Below are positions 52,479 to 62,352 of a DNA stretch of 64,000 bases, piece by piece. The position numbers and the translations under genes are program-made. Position 1 is the stretch's first letter. Every line of letters begins with the position of its first letter. Origin of the DNA: Diplonema japonicum (taxonomy: Eukaryota; Protista; Euglenozoa: Diplonemea); NCBI GenBank assembly GCA_964019335.1, contig OZ025653.1, forward strand, positions 186,001 to 250,000, given 5' to 3'. The notes below the pieces were generated by a model. That model was not told where the DNA came from. It searched no databases and was given only the letters and a program-made list of their open reading frames with translations.

Positions 52479-53411
52479 CTAAAACTCAGTCAAGCCTTGC
52501 TGGCGTTTTCGGTGCGCCGATTTGACCTTCCACTGCAGCAAGCACGAGTGTTTCAGTTTGGCCTCCCGAACAGATGTGAAGGCGTTGAGCGCAGCTATGG
52601 CGTAATTCTGCTTCATACTATGCGTAATTTCAGGCATGGAGCCTGTGGAAGATGTGATTGACGTGTCCAAGACCTTCATGGGGACTATGGGGACGGGGGG
52701 GGTCTTGTCAGGGATGGGTGTGACGGTCATTTCTAGATCAGGCTTGTAGGGTGATCTTATTGGCGTTGTCATTGGATAGAGCCTGCCTGCCCGGGTGGGA
52801 GGAGGGCTCTGTTCTGGGGACATCGGCGCTACCCTTGAGACGGGTGTCATCGTGAACTCGCTCACCATGCTGCTCTCCAGCGTGACTGCCTCCCGCCACG
52901 ACAGCGATTTTCCTTCTTCACGTACCATATTCTTCTGGCGCCGTTTATTACTGTTCGACACCGTCCCCGACACCAGTGCGTACCGACGGTGGCACGCTAG
53001 TGCTGTCAGCCGTCTCCACCTAGCGAGATGTGCCTTCTGCAACATCTTTTGTTGAAACGCACGTACGGCTGCTGCCTCCTTCCAGTGTGCGAACAATCGC
53101 CGCGTCTTGTGATGTCCCTCAAGGGCGCGAGATGCTGTCAGCCACTGGTCAGCCGATGCTCGCACCTCCCAACCAATGACAGACTCCGTGTGATGCAGCA
53201 TCGTAGGCACCGCATTGTCACCATCCAAGTACAGCGACGAAGCCTCTGAATACGCCCCGTGTCCTGCCCCACCACACTTGCTGACCTGCGTTACCGCATC
53301 ATCGATGGCATCGCGCACTTCAATGGCATCTGAGGCCAGCTGTTCAAAGCTCGTCTTCCCTGTCACTCTTTTGCGACGCTGCATGTTGGCAAATGCCTCT
53401 TCAATCGACAT
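52479..53411 (-). CDS. Hypothetical protein with a few Sfi1-like Trp repeats
   Basis: ORF from MSIEEAF. Segments RRLFAHWK, KAHLARWR and LKHSCLLQWK; S/T-P-rich middle region. Confidence 0.65.
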   Translation of the reverse strand: MSIEEAFANMQRRKRVTGKTSFEQLASDAIEVRDAIDDAVTQVSKCGGAGHGAYSEASSLYLDGDNAVPTMLHHTESVIGWEVRASADQWLTASRALEGHHKTRRLFAHWKEAAAVRAFQQKMLQKAHLARWRRLTALACHRRYALVSGTVSNSNKRRQKNMVREEGKSLSWREAVTLESSMVSEFTMTPVSRVAPMSPEQSPPPTRAGRLYPMTTPIRSPYKPDLEMTVTPIPDKTPPVPIVPMKVLDTSITSSTGSMPEITHSMKQNYAIAALNAFTSVREAKLKHSCLLQWKVKSAHRKRQQGLTEF

Positions 53412-53473
53412 TTTCTGCTTACCCTTTGTATGTACTTGTGTGTGTACCAACAAAGAGGTATACAGTCTACGGC

Positions 53474-55012
53474 TTATGAGAACCACATCTTTTTGTGCTT
53501 CATTTTCTCTTGTGCAGCTTGTTTCCCCTTCAAAAAAGCATTCATCAAGTGTGACACGGGCACATTGCTGGCGAGTCGAGATATAAACCGAACGAACTCC
53601 TCCCTGTCGAGCTCCCCAGACTCATCGACGTCGACCTCTTTAAACATGGTGCGGATGTCTTCGTGCGAGTAGTTCATTTTGATGTTCAGTTTCCGCAGCG
53701 CATAGATCTGTGAACAGTCCAGCTGCAGCGTCCTCACAAGCCCCGAGATCTCGTTGATGGACAAGGCCTTGTCACCGTCCGTGTCCAGCAGGTCGAAGAG
53801 CTTCCCCATGCAATGGAGACGGAAGTGCTTCATCATCTGTCTCGCTGAGATCTTCAAGGCGCTCTCGAGCTGCTTCAAGAGAGCAAGGAATTCCTCGTTC
53901 TCAATAGTACCCGAACCATCCTTGTCGCACACCTTGAACATGGTTGACAGCTTTATATCTGAAGGCGGGTCGGGCAACGTGCCTGTGAACGCCTTCACCT
54001 CTTGGAAGTCGATGTTGCCGTCGTTGTTCACATCGATGAACATGAACACCTCATCCATGATGCGCGCCAGCTCCAGCTCGCTCGACACAGCAGTGAGCTC
54101 CTCCTCCTCTTCCTCCGCACCGAAGTTCCCTACCAGAGGTGCACCAGGCGTGAAGGGCGACGAGATGGGCGACACGGTGCACTCGCTCTTCATCGGGGAC
54201 ACCGGTGATGCAGGGCTCTCAACGATGTCCTCATTGTGCCCGTGGAACCTGTTTCGGCCCCGCGGCACGTGGCTCCGCATTACTGTGTATTGCATAATGT
54301 CAGGGTCCCGTTCGCGCAAGGGGCGCATCGGGAGCATCAGATCCGATGCCTGTGCTTCGCCGCGCAGTGTTTCGTTCGCCAGCACTGTCTGCGCGGTCTC
54401 TTGGATGCGCTCACGCTGCGTCCCTATTTCAAGCTTCCGTTTCACCTCAGCAGAAATGGCATCCTTGAAACGTACAGACCTGCGCACCTCAGCAGCTAGC
54501 CCACGTACCTTTTGCAAATTTGTCATGCACCGTTTCTCCTTCATCGCACTCAGCTTCTGCAGCCTTTCCCTCTCGACTTCGATGGCACGCTCGAGCTCTT
54601 GATTCTCTTGCGTCAACAGTTTGTCATAAGCAGAGGTCTCCTCCGACTCCAGGCCATCGCACAGGGTGCCCAGCGTGTCGAGGACGCCACCCAACTTCTC
54701 GGCGTTCTGCATGGCGCTGCTGTCCATGCAGATGTTGTACCCATCGTGCACGCCGTCCTGGAAGTGGTACGCCACTGTCCCCCCGTGGTCGGGGAAGAGC
54801 TCCACCGTGTGCAGCGGCACATGCACCACAGTCGCTATCTCTGTTTCGGACTCCTCGGCATACTGCGGCACCGCAATGGGCTGCAGCTTGGGGGGCGGCA
54901 CACGCAACGGCTGCCTGGTAGTCACACCGCCTGCAGGTGCGCTGTATCGCCTCTTGTCAACAGCACGCTCGGAGGGCGACGTGGACCCTGCGCTCACAGT
55001 GTTGAGCTGCAT
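53474..55012 (-). CDS. Coiled-coil protein with four canonical EF-hands
   Basis: Loops DVNNDGNIDFQE, DKDGSGTIENEE, DTDGDKALSINE and DVDESGELDREE. Confidence 0.88.
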   Translation of the reverse strand: MQLNTVSAGSTSPSERAVDKRRYSAPAGGVTTRQPLRVPPPKLQPIAVPQYAEESETEIATVVHVPLHTVELFPDHGGTVAYHFQDGVHDGYNICMDSSAMQNAEKLGGVLDTLGTLCDGLESEETSAYDKLLTQENQELERAIEVERERLQKLSAMKEKRCMTNLQKVRGLAAEVRRSVRFKDAISAEVKRKLEIGTQRERIQETAQTVLANETLRGEAQASDLMLPMRPLRERDPDIMQYTVMRSHVPRGRNRFHGHNEDIVESPASPVSPMKSECTVSPISSPFTPGAPLVGNFGAEEEEEELTAVSSELELARIMDEVFMFIDVNNDGNIDFQEVKAFTGTLPDPPSDIKLSTMFKVCDKDGSGTIENEEFLALLKQLESALKISARQMMKHFRLHCMGKLFDLLDTDGDKALSINEISGLVRTLQLDCSQIYALRKLNIKMNYSHEDIRTMFKEVDVDESGELDREEFVRFISRLASNVPVSHLMNAFLKGKQAAQEKMKHKKMWFS

Positions 55013-55070
55013 CTGTCCTGTGGTGCGGTGTCATGGAACTTATTCAATTTTCATTCTTTTCTCAAATAGT

Positions 55071-55682
55071 CTATAGCTTTTCACGCTGAGCCTTGACGAA
55101 CTCCTTGAGGCTCTTTCTCACGGGGGCGAAGGAGGGCATGAGGTGCCCACCTTCATGCACGACGGTAGTGGGGTTGACGAAGGTGTCGGCTACCATCTTG
55201 CTGCGCTCGGCAGGGATGATGGCGTCGGAGGTGCCGTAGCAGTGGAAGGAAGGGATGTCGATAGGCCCGTTGATAGTGAAGGCCGGGTCTTTGGAGGAAG
55301 GGGCACTGAAGAGGATAGCGAAGTTGAAGGTGACGAAGGGGGGGAGGGCGCCTTTGGATACCTGTTCAGCGAGAAGGTGTGCCATCACAGCACCCATGGA
55401 GAATCCCCACACTCCATCGAAAGGCCCTTCCTCTTCAAAGACCTTCACAATGTTTGCGAGACCACGCTCAACACCAGAGTACTTACTCACGTCACTCGTG
55501 ACTGCTTCAAAATCATAATGAGTCTGCTCTCCTTTTGCATTCTTAATAGGGCTTTCATATTTATGGAATTCCGCCATTTTCTTTATCTCGGATCTCAGGG
55601 CACCACATTTCATTGCCATTTCTTCCCCCGTCTGAGCATGGCCGTGAAGCATCAGTAGGCGAAGCTTCCGAGGAACAGACAT
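55071..55682 (-). CDS. FSH1/OVCA2-family serine hydrolase
   Basis: LRLLMLHGHAQT, GPFDGVWGFSMGA (nucleophile elbow), HCYGTSDAII and HEGGHLMP. True start is MSVPRK at 55682; the upstream ORF extension is poly-F/K noise. Confidence 0.92.
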   Translation of the reverse strand: MSVPRKLRLLMLHGHAQTGEEMAMKCGALRSEIKKMAEFHKYESPIKNAKGEQTHYDFEAVTSDVSKYSGVERGLANIVKVFEEEGPFDGVWGFSMGAVMAHLLAEQVSKGALPPFVTFNFAILFSAPSSKDPAFTINGPIDIPSFHCYGTSDAIIPAERSKMVADTFVNPTTVVHEGGHLMPSFAPVRKSLKEFVKAQREKL

Positions 55683-56385
55683 GTTGTTGTTGTCTTTTCT
55701 TTTTTTTTTTTTTATTTCTCGCTTTTTTGGGGGAATGAAAAAAAAGAAAATTAAAAATAAAAATTGAGGGGGGGGAGGGGGGAAGAAAAAAAAAAGACGG
55801 AGGATAATAGTAATAGAAGAATTTTGGTATAATGAAAAAAAAAGGAACCAAAGGGGGATCATCGATACAAGAGAACAAAGAAGGGGCGTTTCAAAGAGCA
55901 GAAGAACGGAGAATAAAAACAAAAAATTATAAAAAAAAAAAAAAAAAAAAAACCTATTCTGTCTGCGTCGCCCGCCTTCCACGTAGGTTCAAAAAGGAGG
56001 GAAATGAAAAAATTGGAAGAAAAAAAAAATGAAGGGGGAAAAAAAAAGGGGGGGGGGAAAAAATATGAGTTAAAGGAGGCCGGTGTTGGCGGCGCCCAGC
56101 ACAAGAACTGTCTACTTGATTACAGGGCGCACCGCGGCCGAGTTGTAGCTTCTTCTGCGTTCCGCGTCGTGTCCTTAATGCGTCTGGTGTACAGCTCAAC
56201 CCCAGCCGGTGCGTCCCGGGTAACCAAGATTCTGCGCTCGTGCAGTTTGCTGCCTGTTCGTCACCCTGAGCATCTGCATTATGTTCTTCCACTCGGGCGC
56301 TACCGGTGATGACCGACGAGGAGGTCAACAGCGAACAACACATCTGATGTTTTTCTTATATTTTCATGTTATCCCCACCACCTGG

Positions 56386-56419
<34 letters not shown>

Positions 56420-56927
56420 AGGACCAAAACTAAGGAGAAAAAAAAAGGAAAAAAAAAGGGAGGCAGAGAAAAGTTTAAAAGTAAAAAAAAAAAAAAAAAA
56501 ATTGATTCTTCATTTTTTTTTCCCTCCCTTATTTTTTCCCCTCCCACTCTGCCCCCCCATTTTCTTTTTTTTTTTTTCTTTTTCTATTTCTCTTTTTTTT
56601 TATTATTTATATATTTCTTTCTGTAACTACATAGAAGTAAGCCACCCCCTACCCCCCCCAAAAAAATAATAAAAATTGGGATTCCCTTGTTTGAACACAG
56701 GGTTCAACTTGATAGTTATTCGCGGTGTGATATATATATTATCACAGAAAAACACATCTCAACGTAAAAACAACACCCACTTTGAAGACAACCTCCCGGT
56801 GGTGTGAGTCCTATCTATTAATGCTGCTTACTGGTTTTCATTTCTTGCAGAATTCTTTATTTTTTATTTTTTTTAAAAAAAAAACTCCTCCCTCCCCCCC
56901 CCCCCCCCCCCATTCCCCTTTTTTTTC

Positions 56928-57438
56928 TCAGCTACAAAGATCGTCATCACCAGTGGAGTTTAAGTGGCTGTGCTCCATCATATACCGAGTATGGAGCATT
57001 TCTACGTAGATCACTGCATCCATCTGGGAAAAAAAACTTTTTTTTTTTTTTTTTTTTTTTAACGTGTACCTCCTTGTCCCTTGGCAAGCCGAGCCGTGTA
57101 TCATCAGGTATGAAGGCGGTTGGGGAATACCGGGGAGGTGAGCATGGCATGGCAAGGGGAGATCCTTTTTCATCATCAGTACATTCGTCGATACCGTCCA
57201 GCCGCTTCGGAGTGCTTCCTAGGGAGCTTGACTCTTCGCCTTCTGTCTCGACTTCCACCACCCTGACTGGTGTGGGCTCGCCTTCAGTCCTTGCGACATC
57301 TTTTTCACTTTCCGCTTCTCGTTTTTCGCTCGTTTTTGCAATACTCGCTTGCGCTTTTGGTGTGCTGGATTGTTTAGCAGTCTGCTTCTTCGGTGGTTGC
57401 TGAACTGAACTATGCGGTGACGATGAGCAGCAACCCAT
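56928..57438 (-). CDS. Small protein with N-terminal dual acylation signal (MGCCSS), 154 aa, 2 exons
   Basis: MGCC myristoylation/palmitoylation motif. Removing intron 57024-57069 (GTACAC..A-run/T-run..CCCAG) eliminates the poly-K/F stretch and joins KE to MDAVIYVEML in frame. Confidence 0.65.
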
Positions 57439-57439
57439 C

Positions 57440-57976
57440 AACCCTTCCTGAAGGGCCTTGACCCACTTTCTCCCCCTCCCCCCTCCCCCCTTTCCCTCTC
57501 CTTTTTTTTTTTGTAATGTTAAGCATGATTGGTGTTAAGGGGAGTGGTGGTGATTGAAAAAAAAAAAAAAATGCAAAATTTTTATTGCGGGTGTCTTTTT
57601 TTTTTTTTTTTTTTTTTAAATTCGAAAGACAAAAAAAAAAAAAAAAAAGGAGGTAGCATTGGGGTTTAAAAAAAAAATGAATAAAAAAGAGAGAAAAGAG
57701 AAAAAAAGAGAGAGATTTTTTAGTAAAAAAAAAAAAAAAATACAAAAAAAAAAAAACAAAAAAAAAGGGGGAGATGTACTTGGATGGAGGGGTGATCAGT
57801 CAGTGCCTGGTACACTCCTCACCCCCTCTCCTCTTTTCTTTTGTTGTTTTTGTTTTTTTTTTCCTTCTTCCATCTGTTTCTTTCATTTATTTGTTTATCC
57901 TTCCTTTTAATTTCTTCATGTTTTCGGTGAATTCTCAGGAATTTCTTTTTTTTTTTGATCCCCGCTTTCTACAGCG

Positions 57977-58011
<35 letters not shown>

Positions 58012-58749
58012 GTGGGATATGGGCAAGGATGCTGGAAGAAAGCACCTACGGGGCGGAAGGTGAATGGGAAAATAACACTAGAAACCAAATGTCTTCTTTT
58101 TTTTTGGGGAAAAAAAAAAAAGAATAAAATTTCTCATTATTCTGTACCCCTCTTAATGCTATGCCTATATAGTTAAATAAAGAAGATCCGGAGAGAAAAC
58201 AAAGATGAAGGAAGGCTGAAAGAAGAACCTATTCTTTAGCATCAAGCACTGCTAGTGGTCACGGAATATAAAAAGGGGGTGAACGGGGGGGGTGGGGAGA
58301 AACGAAAAAAAAAAGAAAAAGGAAAACACTGCTAACTTGACCCCTCAGACCTGCTTTTTGTACCTTCTGACCCAGGCTCCCCAACAGATCCTGGTTACCC
58401 AGGGGGGGGTTTTCCCCCCCTCTTTTCTGCCGAATTGTTAAGGAAGATGGTGCATTGGTGACTTAAAGCGGGCATTTAAAAAAAAACCGGGAGTCAAAGT
58501 TAGCACTCCACTCTCCCCCCCCCCCTTTTTTTCTACTCGGCTTTATTATTCTGTCGGTTGTAAAATAACAAATCTCGCCCTTTATTCCTATTTTTTCCTC
58601 CTCCTTTAAAAAAAAATCTCTTCTCTCTCTCTCTCTCATTAAAAAAAAAAAAAAGAGAATCTTTCGCAAAAAAAAAAAAAAAATCGGAGCTAGATAGGAG
58701 GGTGAGGTAAACCTCTTTTATTCTCTCTTTTTTTTTTTATTTCCTAGGT

Positions 58750-58789
<40 letters not shown>

Positions 58790-60967
58790 TTTATAAGGGT
58801 TGAAGGGAGGGAATGGGAAGTATAAAAGAAGAAAAAAAAAAACAACATTTTCGCATCTTTAGCATTAAAAACTCCTAATTCTTTCTTAAATCCTTGTATG
58901 CTTTTTATCACTTTTATCAAAAGAAGCGCTTGTAGTCTATGTATACCCCAAGCATGCGGCTTCTTTTTTTTTTTAAATCCAAAAATTACACCTTTTTTTT
59001 AAAAAAAGAACGAAAACGAGATGCGTTAAATGGAAAAAAAAAAACCCCCCTCGACTTTAGATGTATCCAAAAGAACGGCGGTGTAAACACATTTCCTTAA
59101 ATTAAATAGGACTCCTTTTCCAAATGAATGAAAAAAAAAAGAAAAAGACATTTAAAGGTACCTGCGGTATGTGGCAGGACGCCTGAATAAAAAAGGGGAG
59201 GGGAGGGGAGGGGAGGGGAGGGTGAAAGGAGTGGTGGAATCTTGTTCTAAAAAAAAAAAAAAAGGGGGGGGATGCCTACACCTATTACCTTCCCTGCCCC
59301 CTTCTTCTGCTTTTTTCTTTTTCTTTTTTACCGTTTTGTGGTAAAAGGTACATAGTTTCGATGGATGGCTCCAGTGACTAACTAACCTCTTCCTAAACAA
59401 ATAGAGAGAAAACCCCCTTTACAATGTTTAAAAAAAAAAAAAAGGAAGGGACAAAAAAAAAAGGGGGAAATTCCTTTCCCCCCCTTCCTCTTTTGTTTTC
59501 TTTTTTTGAAAAAAGAAAAAAAAAATATAAAACCCACTCACCTTCCCTTTAACTCTACCCTTCTTACCCAAGCATTTAAGGGACAAGAGAGCGGAAGAGG
59601 AAAAGGGGGAAGAGGCAGGGGGAAAAGGGGAGGGAGGGAATAAAAAAAAAATGAAATATTTTGCCACAGCCATAACATACATACTTTTCTTTTTTTTTTT
59701 TGGGAAAAAAATTTAAAACCATTTATGAAAAAAAAGGGGGGGGGAAACTCTCACTTTAACCCTGCCAATATAGGCAATCTGACATACAGATGTGGCAAGT
59801 GTTTGGCTGTCACATGTTTGCACGAATGCCCGGGCATGGATCATACTCGAAAAGAAAAAAATAAAAAGGAAAAAAGAGAAATCCAGAGCCGCAAAGGATA
59901 AAGATGAAAAAAAATATAAATGCAATCTAATTTTTCTTCTTTTTGCAGTCTTGTATTTCTTTTCTTTTACCGCCAATCCGCATGCTGCCAACCTTTAATT
60001 ACCTCCTTGTCTGCTGACCTAAGGTTTTTTCTCAATAAGTGGGTCATACAGCAAAAAAAGGGGAAATAAAAAATAAAAAAAAAGGTTGGTTCGCAAAAAA
60101 AGTTGTTATTTCTTTCTCTTTTTTTTTTCTTCTTTCTTTTTTCTTTTTTTCCCGAGAGAATAAAAAAAAAAAAAAGAAAGAATAAAAAAAGAAAAAACGG
60201 TGGGGTCCTGTTAACTTTTTTTTTTCGTTCTGTTTTCTTTTCTTTTTTTCCTTCTTTCTTTTCTTTTTTTCTTTTTTTTTTTTGTTTCCCTTGAGAAGTA
60301 CACGCATCACCAGTAATAAATAACCATTCCATTGTTGAGGTGGTTTCAAGACACACATTTAAACGATCGGGGCGTGGAGGGGGCATGGGGGTGGAGGAAG
60401 ATGGGGAGGAAGCACGTTAAGAGGATTCCTGGAAGCAAAAGGCAGAGTAACTTTTTTTCTTTTTCTTTTTCTTTTTCTTTTTTTTGTACTCAAAAAACAG
60501 ACCGTATTGTTAAAAGAAAAAAAAAATACGGTAAGTGGGGCTTCCAACGTATTTCCCCCGTGCGCGATATCATTAACAGAAAATTCTTGGTTTTTTTGAT
60601 TTTGAATTTGCTTGAAAAAATAGTTTTTCGCAAAAAAGATTTTTTTTTTTCTTCCTGCCGAATAAGGAATTATATAAAGAGGGGAGGGAGGAGGGGAGGG
60701 AGGGTGATAAGTGAGGATGTAATGAAGAAATATACCCAGCTAGCTCTTTTTTTTTCTTTTTTTTTCTTTTCCTCTTCTTCGTTTCTCTTCTTTCGTTGTT
60801 CTCATTAAATACAGTACACACCCAAATACACACCAGTTTGTTTAAAGCTGCATACATTCGCTGTTTTCTTTTTTTGAAAGGGGGGAGAGGCGTTTTCCTT
60901 TCTGAAAAGCCTTTTTTTTTTTTGAAAACGATATAATTTCAGGTTGATCACATAATACTTATAATAA

Positions 60968-61007
<40 letters not shown>

Positions 61008-62317
61008 AAAAAACCTTCCAGGAGCGGAGGAAGATCGCAAAAAACTTCAATTTACAAGAAAAAAAAAAAACCCCCCTTTTACTACAAAAAAAAAAACTGC
61101 TAGAAATGGGGGAAATCGCAAAAATTTCATTACAAAAGGCTTTTAGGGACTCTTTTTTGTTCACACAATCCTCGAGGGATGGAACTTGCAAACAACGGCA
61201 GTTCCCCCCCCCTTTTTTTTGCCTTTCGTGCGTAGGTTGCTTGGGTCCCTTGGTACAAGTAGTCAACAAGAAGAGATTTTGTTTTAAATAAATAAAGAAA
61301 TGTAAGATGCTGGGGGAAAATGAGGGGGGGGATAATAATTCTTTAGAACTATATGTTGTTGTTCGCTTTTAAAACGCTGCGAAAGTCTTTATTACAACTC
61401 GCATACAGTTATAAAAAAAAATATTTTTCTGAAAGATAACAAAAAAAAAAAAAGCTAGCTCACGGCAGTGAGAGAGAGAGAGAGAGAGCCCTCATTTGAA
61501 CATCTCTGTCCTCTGTCTCGGCTTATCTACCCCCTTGCCCCCCCCCAAAAAAATGTATATGAGGAACTAGTACACAATGAAACGGGAGAGGAAGTAACAC
61601 AGAGAAGTAAAAAATACAAAAAAAAATCTTTTTTTGTTTGCCAACAACAAGCAATAAAGTACTCATCAAGAAAGCCCTTTAGTAACCAAACAATGAGCTA
61701 TGGGGTTGTGCAGCACTATGGATAAAAAAAGCAGGAAGCCTTCTTTGTTTTGCTAGTCTGCATTAAATTTATGAAGTAACATGAGGGGAGAGAGGAGGGA
61801 CGTAATAAAAAAAAATCTTTCTTTTTTTCTCATTTTTTTCTTTTTTTACAAGTCATGGGTAAGAAATAAAGAAAAAGAGGGCTCTGGCAAGATAAGGGAA
61901 AAACCTTACAAAAAAGAAAAGGGGGAGGGGGGGGGAATTTCTTCCCTGCCCTCATTCTTCTTTTTTTTTTCTTTTTCTTTTTACCCCCTACTAACCGTTG
62001 CCACTCTCCTGTCCCTCTTTTTAAATTTCTTTCTTTTGTTCCCCGCCCCACAAACGACGGTTTAAAAAGCTATTTTTTTCCAAAAAAAAAAATACTTGTG
62101 AGGGGTCGAACCCGGTTTAAAAAAACTTTTTTTTTCTTCTTTTTTTTTTGCACGCAACTACCTAATAAAGAGATTGCTGTTAACCAAGAAATCAAAAATC
62201 ACTCGGATCAAAAGATTTCACTCCTCAAGAATAATCATATTGTTTTTTGTTTTTTTGTTTTTTTGTTTTTTTTTTTTTTTTTTTTTTTTTTGTTTGTGCA
62301 TCACTATTTTCAGGTTA

Positions 62318-62352
<35 letters not shown>

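Noticed and set aside
56306-56347. C box (GTGATGA) and D box (CTGA) pair on the plus strand
   Set aside because: About 42 nt is too short for a C/D snoRNA, it lacks a terminal stem, and it is antisense to the cluster.
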